Assembly: GCA_002269645.1 (NCBI GenBank) | Contig: NIVC01001363.1 | Location: 241,707-305,706 of the forward strand | DNA: 64,000 nt | Reading direction: 5' to 3' | From: Macrostomum lignano | Lineage: Eukaryota | Translations under genes and position numbers: made by a program | Shown here: piece after piece, positions 20,495-37,502 of the stretch | Numbering within the stretch: position 1 is the stretch's first letter | How the letters are laid out: every line of letters begins with the position of its first letter | The notes under the pieces: model-generated | The model's input: the letters and a program-made list of their open reading frames with translations, nothing else | The model's database searches: none | Told to the model about the DNA's origin: nothing

Positions 20495-20955
20495 CCAGAC
20501 TGAGACTCTCTCCTGTCTCCTCTTCGCTCTATCTATAATCTCTCCTCTCTGCTCTCATCTCCTCTTTCATCTTTACTCTCTTATCTATGATTTCTCATCC
20601 TATCTCCCATCTCTATTCTCTGAGCTTTCATATCTACTGTCTTCTTTCTCCCCACTACTTTCTCCTCTCTATTTTTCCTCTCTCCTCTTTCATGTCTTCT
20701 CTCTCCTCTCCTTTATCTCTTCTCTGCTCTCTCATCTCTCTACTTTCTGCCCGCTCCTCTCTCTCTTCTCTTTCGTCTTTTGGCTCTACTCCCTCCTGTC
20801 TCATCTCTAGTATCTTCTCTTCTCTCTGCTCTCCTGCTCTCTCTTCTCATCTCTCGACTCCTCTCTTTTTTCATCTCTACTCTCGTATCTATCGTTTCCC
20901 TCTCCACCCTCTCCTCTCTCTCTTCTCTTTTCTTTCTCTCTCTGTTCTCATTTCT
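20495..20955. repeat. CT-rich low-complexity tract
   Basis: Direct inspection. Confidence 0.9.
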
Positions 20956-22499
20956 TAATAATAATAGTCATAATCGTAGGATAAATATTGATAATAATAA
21001 TAATAATATATAAAGGAGAAAAGACAAAATCATAGTAGAGGAAATGATAATGTTGCCCGGCCGGCTACGCTGTGCCCCCTGCAGACGAGCTCTGCCACGG
21101 TGCACCCGCAGACGCCCTCACGCCGAGCCTGCAAAGTCTTAGTGGGGGACCGTTCGAGCAGCGCCGCGAATCTGAGGACCCTCCCAGCATCCCTGGCATC
21201 CACCACTTTTTAGGGCGAGCCTCCTGGAGCCCAGGGAAGAGGACCGTCTGCACTCTGCCCCACCCCAGAGTCTGTGAATGCCGCCAGCCACTCGACGCTC
21301 TGCGTGGATGACCGCACCTTCAGCTGCAACGCCGAAGTCTGGAGGTTTGGGTGGCGGCCCAGGGGCATTTTGGTGGAGGCGCTCGCAGCCCAGACAGAAG
21401 CGGGGGGCAGCTTCGGGGGCTGCTATCTAGGTTGGTAACGCCTGCATCATCATTGCCGAACACAAGATAAGTATTTATAATAAAAATAGAAAATCAAAAA
21501 ACTGAACCAGCTTGCATGCAGCTAACAGAACTGGTTGCAAGGACATTGTGGCGTGTGATTGGGCCTACACTTGGGCCAACAGATGCATTCAGATGCTGAA
21601 TGCTCTATTATGCATCCATTTAGCACAGCGATTGCACTACTATATAGTGCAGGAATAGCTTCTCTTGCTCAGAGTGCAAATACATGTAAAGTAGATCCCT
21701 AATAACAGAGTGTACTCGTTGTGTCGTGTAACTTGACAGGTAAACTTAATTATAATTTTGTTACACTGATTTCCAGTATAAGTATGGAATAACGTAAATG
21801 CTAACTATATTAATATTATTCTTGTCTTTTACTTATACTGCCACTTTAAGTAGAGTAGTCGATAAATTATCTGTATAATGTATTATTTAATTGAATGCTC
21901 AAATTTATCGATCATTTAGTTTTTCTAATGTGACTAAAATATAAATAAAACAACTGTGCGCACCTGGCACTTTACGCTGCAACTACAACTGGAAACCTCA
22001 TGACTTGGCTACACAACACTCGCAACTGAACATACATGTACAAGATTGAAAATAAATTGATAAAAAATCAAATAAATTTGACATGCAACAAGAAATTCAG
22101 CTTTTTTCGAATACTTATACCAAACAAAGATTAAAAAATTCATATTGCAAGCATTTTTAACACAACGCATTTGTATTATTTACTGCATAAAGACAATGAC
22201 AAGAATAACAAAAATCCAATGATGTATTTTGCTAATTATAAATTAAGAATTTAAAGACAATTAGAAAAATGCGAAATAGTTTCACCAGATTACTAGCAGT
22301 AGCAGCTGCGACCATAAAAGTACATTAAGTAATAGCACGCTGATGCACACATGTACATACTAGTACAGCATTATGGTATAGAAATTAGCACACAGAAATA
22401 CAAATACAATGCATGATAAAACGCCTTTTGAATAACATAGCTAATAGCCAAATAAGCGAAGATGGATGCTAAAAATACAGGAAAATCAGAGTCAGTGAG

Positions 22500-23003
22500 T
22501 CAGAGGGAGGGTCAGAGGGTCAAAGGGTCAGAGGGAGGGTCAGAGGGTCAGAGGGTCAGAGGGAGGGCTAAAGGGTCAGAGGGAGGGTCAGAGGGAGGGT
22601 CAGAGGGAGGGTCAGAGGGAGGGTCAGAGGGAGGGTCAGAGGGTCAGAGGGTCAGAGGGAGGGCAAAAGGGTCAGAGGGAGGGTCAGAGGGTCAGAGGGA
22701 GGGTCAGAGGGAGGGTCAGAGGGAGGGTCAGAAGTCAGAGGGTCAGAGGGAGGGTCAGAGGGAGGGTCAGAGGGAGGGTCAGAAGTCAGAGGGTCAGAGG
22801 GAGGGTCAGAGGGAGGGCCAAAGGGTCAGAGGGAGGGTCAGAGGGAGATTCAGAGGGTCAGAGGGTCGGAGGGAGGGTCAGAGGGTCGGAGGGAGGGTCA
22901 GAGGGAGGGTCAGAGGGTCAGAGGGAGGGTCAGAGGATCAGAGGGAGGGCCAGAGGGTCATAGGGAGGGCCAGAGGGTCTGAGGGAGGGTCAGAGGGTCA
23001 GAG
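22500..23003. repeat. (GGTCAGAGG/GA) degenerate tandem repeat, expanded paralog of 4707-4830
   Basis: Direct inspection. Confidence 0.92.
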
Positions 23004-23085
23004 TCACAGATTAAATTAAAGACAAGGAGGACTGACATTGAACTGTAGATCGAAGCAGACAGACAGAAGGAGAAAGCAGTATTGC

Positions 23086-23733
23086 TCAGATCTGGTCAGT
23101 AGGTGCCGTCTGAGCGAAACGTTTAGCGTGAAAGTCGATAACCAGCTGGGGACATTTGACATTGGCCTGCCGGGCCGGCACCAGGTCCAACTCGGGGCTG
23201 TCCTTCCTGTGAAAAAACAAGTTTGCCATCTTTTTTAAATACGATTCTCCTGTTGAAAAGCGGGAAATTTGATTGCTTTGCATAACAATATTCATTCAAG
23301 AATGGGATTTAGAGAGAGAGAGAGGCGCCAGCATCAGAGGCGCCAGACGCCAACATCAAGCTCACCACTTCATGAGCAGCATGAGCTCCCCGCCTTGCCG
23401 ATGGGTGGATCCCAGCACCCGCTCAGGCTGCAGGCCTCTCTCAAATCCGCGCTTCTGCTGCTGCTGCTGCCTCCTCGGGGCCGGCCGCTTCTTGGCGACC
23501 GCCTCCGCTTTTGCCTTGTTGGCCCTCCGCCTGGCCAGGAAGGCCTCAACAGCGGCCGGAGCCGACTTCAGCAGCTCGGCCTCCGACACCCAGTCGGAGC
23601 CGGCGGCGCTACCGCCAAGGCGAACCAGAAACTGCCGCTGACCGTCGGCTGCAGTTCGTCTGACTCGCTCGACGATGCAGTCGGCATCTTTGGCGGCGTC
23701 GGGCTTCGAACTTTGAGGCTCGTTGGTGCTCAT
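23086..23733 (-). CDS. HP1/CBX-like protein (162 aa; exons 23733-23366 and 23206-23086) with a degenerate chromodomain and a recognisable chromoshadow domain
   Basis: Chromoshadow RGFERGLQPERVLGSTHRQGGELMLLMKW|KDSPELDLVPARQANVKCPQLVIDFH closely follows the HP1 consensus; TG|gtgag...tttcacag|G splice restores Trp in frame. Confidence 0.88.
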
Positions 23734-23782
23734 AGCTGGCAAGAGGGACTGGGTTGCAGCTGGAATTTGTGGTGCGTGTGCA

Positions 23783-24328
23783 GCAACTGAGGATCTGAGG
23801 CTGGCCCAGCAACTGAGGATCTGGGAGGATGGCTCAGCAACTGAGGATCTGGGAGACTGGCTCAGCAACTGAGGATCTGGGAGGCTGGCCCAGCAACTGA
23901 GGCTCTGGGAGGCTGGCCCAGCAACTGACACTCTGAGAGACTGGCTCAGCAACTGAGGATCTGGGAGGCTGGCCCAGCAACTGAGGATCTGGGAGACTGG
24001 CCCAGCAACTGAGGATCTGAGGCTGGCCCAGCAACTGAGGATCTGGGAGGCTGGCCCAGCAACTGAGGCTCTGGGAGGCTGGTCCAGCAACTGAGGATCT
24101 GGGAGGCTGGCCCAGCAACTGAGGATCTGGAAGGCTGGCCCAGCAACTGAGGCTCTGGGAGGCTGGCCCAGCAACTGAGGCTCTGGGAGGCTGGCCCAGC
24201 AACTGAGGATCTGGGAGACTGGCCCAGCAACTGAGGATCTGAGGCTGGCCCAGCAAGTGAGGATCTGGGAGGCTGGTCCAGCAACTGAGGATCTGGGAGG
24301 CTGGCCCAGCAACTGAGGATGTGGGAGG
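23783..24328. repeat. About 28-bp tandem minisatellite (CTGGGAGGCTGGCCCAGCAACTGAGGAT) between the SDR and HP1-like genes
   Basis: Direct inspection, with some 21-bp deletion units. Confidence 0.93.
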
Positions 24329-24619
24329 CTAGTTTATTAATATTAATACTAGGTGAAAAATGAGACTTGAACAAGCTCTTTTTAATAATCAACACATAAT
24401 CAAAGTAGAATCCCAAAATCAGTGGCAGTACAACTAACTGTGTATAAATCTCGTTAGCAGTATGATTTATAATTTATAAAAAACGGCTAAAATAGGCAAC
24501 AGAACAGAATCGCACTCAAACGATATCAAATCGTTTAAAAATGATTAGATAAATTATAGTTTATAGTTAGAGTTTGGCAAAGCTATTTGCTTTAAGTAGT
24601 TGCTCAGAGTTGGCGCTGC

Positions 24620-28217
<3,598 letters not shown>

Positions 28218-28326
28218 AATTAATTATATGAGTAAAAAACAACGGTATACTTCTCAATCGCAACTTAAAAGAAAGCTTATTTTGGTATCGGTCTTGGCCT
28301 ATTTAATTTTCGCATTTATGCAACGA

Positions 28327-28969
28327 CAAGCTGTTGAAACCCGCGGATTTTGAACCCGGGGAATTCCAATCCCCGGAACTATTTTTGCATGTATTCTGAA
28401 ATCTAAGGCCATACACAAACAAAAACTTGTTAATAGTTCGTAGGATAGAGGTAGACATAAAATGGAGCACATTCGTGTAAAATTAGGGTCTGAGACATTG
28501 TTGGCTGGGGTACTGCGCAGAATGTCAGGCAATGTCTGTCTGACTCTAAAACATATATTGCTAAACTCTGGTCTCTCCCTGACTCTCACTACGTCCCTTG
28601 GATCTTTTAAAATTTCTATCGTTTCTTTGTTTCCTCTCATCTCTCTCGTCCCTCATCTCTCCTCTCTCCTCTCTCCCCTCTTCTCTCGTATCTTCCCTCA
28701 TCTCTCTTATCTCATCTCTTGTCTCTTCGTTTCTCTCTCCTCTCCTCTCTCCTCTCTCCCCTCTCCTCTCTCCTCTCACCCCCTCTTCTCTCTTATCTTC
28801 CTTCTCCTTTCTATTCTTTTCTCTCTTCTCTTAACTCTCTCCTCTACTCTCTCATCTCTCCCCTCTTCTCTCGTCTCTTCCCACACCTCTTTTCTCTCTC
28901 GTCTTTGCTCTCTCATCTTTCCTTTCTCTTCTTTTATCTTTTCTCTCTTATCTCTTCTCATTTCTCTCT

Positions 28970-29047
<78 letters not shown>

Positions 29048-30281
29048 GTCTTTCTCTCTTATCTCTCCTCCTCTCTCTACTCTCTCCCCTCTCCATTCTC
29101 CTCTTTCCTCTCCTCTCTCCTCTCATCTCTGTAACCTCTCCTCTGTTCTCTCTACTCTCTCATCTTTTATCTGTTCACTCTCGTCTCTGCTCTCTCACCC
29201 CCCTCTTTAATCTGGCATCTCTGTCTTATATGTTCTCTCACATCTCTCCTCTGTACTCTTTTCTTCCCCCTCTTTTGACTCCTCACTTTCCTTTCTCCTT
29301 TCTTCTTTTCTCTTCTCTTCCCTTTTCTATACTCTGTCTCCCTCTCTTCTCTCACTCCACTCTCCTCTCTCCGTTATCTCTCATCTCTCATTTCTCATCT
29401 CTCCTTCCACATCTCTCATCTCTACAACCTTAGAGATGTAGAGATGTATCTTTATCTCTTCTCTCTTCCCTTTACTCTCTCATCTCTTCTTTCACCTGTT
29501 TCCTCTCTGCTCTCCTCTCTGCTGTCTCCTCTCTCCTCTCATCTGCAGCTCTCTGCTCTCTCCTGGCCCATCTCTCTTTCTCCTCTAATCTCTCCCCTGT
29601 TTCCTCTCCTCTCTCGTCCTTTCTCCTCTTTCCCCTGTCCTCTCGGTTCTCTCCCCTCTCCTCCTCTCTCCTCACTCACTTCTCTCTCCTTGTCTCACCT
29701 CTCATCTCTTATTTCTATCCTTTTTTCTCTCCACTCTCCCATCTCTCGTCTGTTCACTCTCGTCTCTGGTCTCTCATCTCCCCTCTCTCATCTGCCATCT
29801 TTACTCTCTTATACTCGTATGTTTTCTCACCTCTCTCATCTGTACTCTTCTCTTCCCCTCTTTTGACTCCTCTTTTTCCTTTCTCCTTTTTCCCTTCTCT
29901 TCTCTTCCCTCTTCTATTATCTCCCTCTCTTGTCTTCTCTCTTCTCTCTTCACTCTCCTCTCTCCTCTCATATTTCGCGTTCACTCTCATCTTTGCTCTC
30001 TACCCCCTCTCTCTTCTGTCATCTTTACTCTCCACTCTCCTGTGTACACTTCTTTTTCCCCTCTACTGAATCCTCTCTTCTTACTCCTCTTCTCTTCCCT
30101 CTTCTATACTCTCTCCCCTCTATTCTCTTCTCTTGTCTCTGCACTCTGCTCTCTCTTCCTTCATCTCTCATCTCTACTCTCTCATCTTTCCTTTCATCTC
30201 TCTCATCTCCACAATCTCATCTATTTCTCTCTCCTCTTCTTCCCTTTACTCTATCATCTTTCCTTTCTCCTCTCTTCTTTC

Positions 30282-30344
<63 letters not shown>

Positions 30345-31899
30345 ATCTTTTATCTTCTCTCTTCTCACTCCTCTCTACCTCTCTCTCCCCTCCTATCTCC
30401 TCTCTGTTCTCGATTCTCTTCTCACTCTTCTCTACTCTCCTCTCTCATCGATCCTCTGTCTCATCTCTCCCCTCTTCTCTCTTCCTCTTCTCTCCTCTAC
30501 TCTTTCCTCTCCCTCCTGTCTCCCCTCCTCCTCCCATATTCTCTCTCTGCTCTCTCCTCGTCCTCACCCCACTCGTCTCTCCTGTTATCTTAATATATTC
30601 TCTCTTACCCCCCTCTCGCCCTTCCTCTCTTTCTAATAGTCTATTCCTTTTCTTTTTCACTCTCATCTGGCCCGCAGCCATGAGTTGGATTCTTTATCTG
30701 GCCTTTGAGTTAAAAATCTACCGATCCCTGCTTCGAAAGCCAGTTTGTGGGACGGTACTATCATGGTTATCATTTCTCATGCTTTAATCACGTCACCTTT
30801 CTGGCCAATTAGCAGCCCTGAGAGGAATTTGTGTATCTCCAGCTCCACCACCACAGTCTGCACTCTGCAGCAGTCTAACAACCAAGGAAATACGCATTTC
30901 TTAGGAGTCATTTAAATTTTAAAGTTACCCTATGCGAAACTTAATGTTAAAAGCTTCATGGTGTAACTAATTTAGTAGGATTGCATTGTAATCAGTTATT
31001 CATTAATTTTTCGATATTTTACAAACCATCCCACATCGCCTTGGTTTGCCATCCTTGTTTAACTGCTGCAGACTTGTCTATTCAGAGGACAGTGGTTTGA
31101 AATTGAATCTCTCGCTAAACTCTCTCCTCTCCACGCCTCTCCATTCGCGGGGTACAGAGAAGGCTATTAAAAAGTTATTCCAAAACACTGTACATTCGCT
31201 ATGTACATTGAGCCCTATCGCCTGATCCTTCGTCTGGGGGAATGAGTTGATGAGCGGCAAACAACAGAAAAAGCAGACAAAACTTCACATGTTTACAGTT
31301 TCTTTTTCGGTTGAGTTACAGAGTTGAAACTTTACATTTAGATAGAGAATGAGTCAATGAAGAATTGTGTCAAGTGTGAAGTCAATCGCTTTACGTGGAG
31401 CAACTTATGGCAGCTGAAAGTTAGTCAATTTTGAAACCCTTTTACACATCTGGGCCCAGATCGGGAAAGAGAGGCAGGCGGGCGGAGGTTGGGGTGGTTG
31501 CTATGCTGAAAAAACAGCCTAACTTTAAAAGCGCACAGCACCGCTCAGGATTAACTTTGAGACTCGAAATTTTACATGATTGTGCCAAAATAGTTAAAGA
31601 TTATCTGTGTCAAATTTGAAGAGAATCGGTAGAAGTGGAGCGGCGCTATGGAGGATTTAGTAAAAAAATCGCGAATTTTGAGCAGTTTTTTGCACTTTTA
31701 GGTAGGAAGACTCAAATTTAGGAAATTAAAAGATAGCCTAAGACATTCTCCGTAGTGAGTTTAGGGTGGGTGCTAAAATTTTGGTGTTAGTTGGTTGAGT
31801 GGTTTGGGAGTCCATAGCGATCAAAATTGTCCACGACACACAGACAGACAGACAGACAGACAGACACACAGACAGAGTTTTGATTTTTATAGTTAGAGA
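28327..31899 (-). mobile_element. Non-autonomous Helitron-like element, copy 1 (3573 bp), carrying a long CT-rich tract
   Basis: On the - strand it starts TCTCTAACTATAAAAATC...(TCTG)n and ends with GC-rich imperfect hairpin CCCGGG..CCGCGGG then ...AGCTTG|T; no TIR or TSD. Confidence 0.72.
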
Positions 31900-32743
31900 C
31901 AAGCTGTTGAAACCCGCGCGATTTTGAACCCGGGGAATTCCAATCCCCGGAACTACTTTTGCATGTATTCTGAAATCTAAGGCCATAAACAAACAAAAAC
32001 TTGTTAATAGTTCGTAGGATAGAGGTAGACATAAAATGGAGCACATTCGTGTAAAATTAGGGTTTGAGGCAAACATTGATATTGTTGGCTGGGGTACTCC
32101 GAAGAATGTCAGGCAATGTCTGTCTGACTCTAAAACATGTATTGGCAAACTCTAGCCTCTCCCTGACTCTCCCTACGTCCCTTAGATCCTTTAAAATTTC
32201 TATCGTCTCTTCTGTTTCCTCTCTTCTCTCTCGTCCCTCGTCTCTCCTCTCTCCTCTCTCTTCTCTCGTATCTTCCCTCATCTCTCTTCTCTTTCATCTC
32301 TCTTATCTCATATCTTGTCTCTTCTCTCTCCTCTTTCCTCTCTCTCTCCTCTCTACTTTTCGTCTTCTCTCTCCTCTCCTCTCTCCTCTCTACTCTTTCG
32401 TTTTCTCTCTCCTCTCTTCTCTCCTATCTTCTTTCGTATCTTCCCTTATCTCTCTTCTCTTTCATATCTGTTATCTCATCTCTTCCCTCTTCTTTTCTCT
32501 CTCCTCTCCTCTCTCCTCTCTCCCCTCTTTTCTCGTCTCTTCCTTCTCCTCTCTATTCTTTTCTCTCTTCTCTTAACTCTCTTCTCTACTCTCTCATCTC
32601 TCCTCTCTACTCTTTCCTCTCTCTCTCTCCTCTCTCCCCTCGTCGCTCGTCTCTTCCTCACTTCTCTCGTCTGCGTTTTCATCTCTTCTTTCTCTTCTTT
32701 TATCTTTTCTCTCTTATCTCTTCTCGTTTTCTCTCTCTGCTCT

Positions 32744-32841
<98 letters not shown>

Positions 32842-34851
32842 CTCTCCCATCTCTCTTCTCCTCTCTACTCTCTCCCCTCTTCTTTCTCATATTTCCTCTT
32901 CTCTCTCCCTGTCTCTCCTCTCTCCTCTAGTCTCTGTAATCTCTTCGCTCTTATCTCTCCTCTGTTCTCTCTACTCTCCCATCTCTCGTCTGTTCACCCT
33001 CATCCCTGCTCTCTCATCTGTCAACTTTACTCTCTTATACGTTCTCCCACTTATCTCCTCTGTACTCTTCTCTTTCACCTCTTCTGACTCCTCTCTTTCC
33101 TTACTCCTCTCTTCTTTTCTCTTCCCTCTTCTATACTCTCTCTCCTCTATTATCTTCTCTCGTCTCTCTGCACTCTCCTCTCACCTTTTCATCTCTCATC
33201 TTTACTCTCTCATCTCTCCTTTAATCTGTCTCATCTCTACAATCTCATCTCTCCTTTCTCCCCTCTTCTTACACCCCTCTCTTATCTCTATCTCTTCTCT
33301 TCTCACTCCTCTCTCCCCCTCTTATCTCCTCTCTTCTCTATGCTTTCTACTCTCTCCTCTCTAATCTCTCCTCTCCTCTTGACCCTCTGTCATCTTCTTT
33401 CTGCTCTCTCATCTCTACTCTCTTCTCACTCTTCTTTACTCTCCTCTCATCGATCCTCTGTCTCATCTCTCCCCTCTTCTCACCTTTACTCTTTCCTCTC
33501 CCTCCTTTCTCCCCTCCTCTCGCTTCTTCCTCCCTTCTTCTCCGCTCTCTCCTCACCACTTGTCTCTCCTCTTATCTTCCATGTTTTCTCTTATCCCCGT
33601 CCCGCCTCTCCTCTCTTCTAATAGTCTATTCCTTTTCCTTTCCACTCTCATCTGGCCCGCACATAAGCTGGATTCTTTTTCTGGCTTTTGAAGTAAAAGT
33701 CTGCCGATCACTGCTTCGAAAGCCAGTTTGTGGGACGTACTACTCTCATCGTTATTCTCATGCTTTGATCACGTCATCTTTCTTGCCAATTTGCAGCCCT
33801 GAAAGGAATTTGTGTATCTTCAGCTCCACTGCAGTCTGCATCAGTCTAACAACCAAGGAAATACGCATTTCTTAGGAGGCCCTTTAAAATTTACACACTA
33901 CTTTTAAAAGAAACCTAAAATTTCCATGGTGTGCCTAATTTAGTAGGGTTGTATTGCATTGTGCATTGCATCGCATCTCCTTTTCATAAATCTTTCGCTT
34001 TTACAAACCGCTTTTCGCTTTCGCTTTTTTGCTGGATTCCCTCGATTTGTCAATTGCCATCCACTGTTAAACTGCTGCAGAGTTTGCCAATACAGAGGGG
34101 AGGGCAGTGGTTAGAATTTCTCACTAAACTGTTATGGCTAAACGTAGCCTCTCCACTCTCGGGGTGCAGAGAAGGCTATAAATAAAGTCATTCCAAAACA
34201 CTGTACATTCGCTATGTACATTCAGTCCTATTGCCTGACCCTTCGTCTGGCTCTGGGGAATGAGTGAGTGAGTGGCACAAACAACAGAAAAAGCAGACAA
34301 ACTTCACATGCTTACAGTTTCTGTTCTGATTGAGTTAGAGAGTTGAAACTTTACATTTAGACAGAGAATGAATCAAAGAAGAATTGTGTTAAGTTAGAAG
34401 TCGTGGAGCTTCACGTGGAGCAAACTTATGGCAACTGAAAGTTAGTCAATTTTGAAACCCTTTTACACATCTGGGCCCAGATCGGGAAAGAGAGGCAGGC
34501 GGGCGGAGGTTGGGGTGGCTGCCTCGCTGAAAAAAACAGCCTAACTTTAAAAGTGCACAGCGGCTTTCAGGATTAACTTTGAGATTTGAAATTTTACACG
34601 ATTGTGTCAAAATAGTTGAAAATTGCCTGTGTCAAATTTGAAGAGAATCGGTAGAAGTGGAGCGGCGCTATGGAGGATTTAGTTAAAAAATCGCGCATTT
34701 TGAGCAGTTTTTGTACTTTTAGGTAGGAAGACTTGAGTCTAGGAAATTAAAAGGTAGCCTAAGACATTCTCCGTAGTAAGTTTAGGGTGGGTGTAAAGTT
34801 TGGTGTCATTTGGTTGAGCGGTTTGGGAGTCCATAGCGAAGTAATTTGTCC

Positions 34852-34884
<33 letters not shown>

Positions 34885-34907
34885 GTTTTGATTTTTATAG
34901 GTAGAGA
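31900..34907 (-). mobile_element. Non-autonomous Helitron-like element, copy 2 (3008 bp), head-to-tail with copy 1
   Basis: 5' A|TCTCTACCTATAAAAATC at 34908/34907; 3' end CTTG fused directly to the TC start of copy 1; high similarity to copy 1 outside the CT tract. Confidence 0.72.
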
Positions 34908-36086
34908 TTACACTTAGCTGCTTAACTTCAGTCTATTCGTGGTAAATAACGATAAAATTTTATGATAGCAATTTTATCGCCTTTTTCAATTTGAAACTTT
35001 CAGGCCGTCAAAACGCTTGGCGCGGCACAAAAGAATGCATCGTATTGTGGCAGAAGGCAGACGTGCCAATAACGCAAAACTTGCTCTGGAGAAATTAAAC
35101 CCTAGCTTAAAAAAATCTTTAACACTTAATGACTATTTCCTATGAGCTGCTATGTGGAACCAATGGTTAATTCTTAATCACCAGTGATGGACCAGAATCA
35201 CCAGAGTTAAAACGAGTCAAGCACAGACTACATGAGAAATTCATACATTTTTATTGCCACACGGCGTCCATCAGCCTACTGAGACAATTTTGGTCGAATC
35301 GAAGTTGGAGTATAATGACAGGCTGTTTATTTAAAAGCAGTTTTTTAATGCAAGCATGCAGAGACCGAGCAACAAGGCCAGAGCCGGAAAGCACAGGAAA
35401 GCAGTGCTTAGCAATCTGGGCGCACTGTTCAAGAAAAGCCACTTAGACTGGTAGCAGTTTGCCTCGGCCCTTACCGCCTCCCAGCACAGCCCCCCCCCCC
35501 CCCCTACCCAGCACGCATCTATGCTCACCATTAGCCACAGGAAATTGTGAGAAGGAAATTTTCGTTTCATTTTTGCCGGCCGCCTACATTCGCACAGCTG
35601 GCAAAGGTTGCATCGGCTGTACAGCAACTGCCGTCCAATTGAAACTCCGGGGGTAAAGAGACAATGATGAGGCAGAGAGGCAGAGAGCCAGCCGTATTGA
35701 GAGAGGAGAGAGAATGATGAGGCCAGTGCCTCAGCGAGTTGGAGACCAAAGGCGCTCTGCATTGCCGTCCCAGCTAGTGGGTAAATGGAATCGCATCGAC
35801 CTCCCCTCCGCCCCAGCCTCTCCAAAACAATCTGGCACACTTTGAGCAGCGCTCTCAAAGCTTTACCCAGAGTAAGGTAAAGATAAAAAGGCGCACAGTC
35901 TAAAGCTACGGAGGAAACGCATCACAAACAGGGCACTCTTGAGCTCTGGCACTCTGACTGCGCTCGCTGAAAAGTTTGCAACTGTATATGCATTGAAAAC
36001 ATGCAGCTGAGACCAATCTGCTTTTGTTGACATAATAATAGCAATTCAAATTCAAATTTAAAACTCCCAATTACTTGCAATTGAAC

Positions 36087-37502
36087 ATGGCCGCATCGTC
36101 ATTCAGCATCAGCGCAGAGTACCTTGGCTGGAAGCCGACAGACGGTCTCTGCGGCAGGCAGTTCGTGGAGCCGATCGTCCGCGACATGCTGGCCAGACGG
36201 GGCAGCCAGCGGTACCAGCTCAAGCGACACGTGCTGGAATTCGACAAGCGCAAGCTGCGCCTCTGGGAGATGGATCACAGGACGGGCGGCAGGACCGGCG
36301 GCCGCTATCCTTCGGTGCCAGTGGAGGACATCACATTCGCCCTGCAGGAGGACGGCAACACCGACCCCCTGGTGTTCTCGCTCATCCTGTTCGGTAGGTC
36401 AAGCCGCTCTGTGGCGGATTTCACATTGAATCGGCCTCTAAAACAGTCACTAACTCCTTAATATTTCCCAGGCTTTAACGAAGAATCCAACCGTTCAATT
36501 CACACTCACGTGTGGCGCGGCTTCAACCTGGAGTCGGTGTCGGAGTTCACCGGCAGGCTGATCCGCTGTCTGACCAGCCCGGCGCACCTGCACTCTGTGC
36601 GGGAGATGGAGCTGCAGCTGGTCAAGCGAGGCGAGGCGAGGCCTAGCGGCTATTTTGTAGCTGAGGGGCCCGAGCCGGGCAGCAGAGGCGGCGGCCACGG
36701 GAGTCGCGGCAACAGCCGGCCTTCATCGCTGCTTCAGTCTCCGTCATCGCCGCGGCCGCCGTCATCGCCGCAGCCCCCGCCGCCACCTCCGCAACAGCCG
36801 CCGCCGCCGCCGCCTCCTCCGCAACAGCCGCCGCCGCCGCCGCCTCCTCCGCAACAGCCGCCGCCGCCGCCGCCTCCTCCGCAACAGCAGCCGCAGCAGC
36901 CGCAGCAGCCACCGCAGGTGATTGGCTCCAGGGTGACGGAGGAATTAAGGCAGCGATTTCTGGACAAAAGCGGTGCGCCACTGCTGCACCCGCCTTGCGA
37001 CTACGACACAATAAGCCGTAGCCATGGCAACGTGCTGTTGCGCCGAACAGAGCAGCCGCTCCGCTCCGACTCCAAAGCGCCCACCGGCGCATACATTCGC
37101 CGATCCGATATTTGCGAATCCGACGATACTGTCGACAGAGCCTTCGCCGTTGTCAATGGCAACGGCGGCGCAGACGAGAGGGTAATCATGGTTGAGAACG
37201 CGGACGACGATCCGCCGCCAGACTATGACAGCTACGATGACGACGACGGGAGCGTCGGTGGCGGAGGCGCGAGCACCGGGACGCTGGACTCGTCTCGGCT
37301 GGGGGCCTCCTTCATCTCCAGCAGCGGCCGGTCGTCCATCAGCGACCACTCGGCCGATCCGGCCAGAGGATTTTCCACCTGGCGACGTCGGCGGGGGCAA
37401 CCGCAGCTGCGTCAGTCGCTTCCGGGATGGCAGCCCTCGGCTGAACAACTGCAGCAACAGTCGGTACAGCCTCGGAGACTGCCTAGCAACCATAAAAGCT
37501 GA
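36087..37502 (+). CDS. PTB/PID-like domain protein with polyproline repeats (exons 36087-36393 and 36472-37502; about 445 aa)
   Basis: AEYLGW...G...V..IV N-terminus and HTHVWR...SV.EF..RLI helix resemble a PTB fold; 78-nt intron G|gtaggt...cactaac...ttcccag keeps frame; (QQPPPPPPPP)3. Confidence 0.7.

Noticed and set aside
23734-24312. In-frame N-terminal extension of the HP1-like ORF through the 28-bp repeat (316-aa ORF)
   Set aside because: Starts at a non-ATG codon inside a minisatellite; the first ATG with a sensible domain layout is 23733
28462-33621. Many L/S-rich and R/E-rich ORFs (also 20472-20958, 54974-56630, 41253-41831, 48355-49099)
   Set aside because: Products of CT/GA, TCTG and GGAA low-complexity tracts
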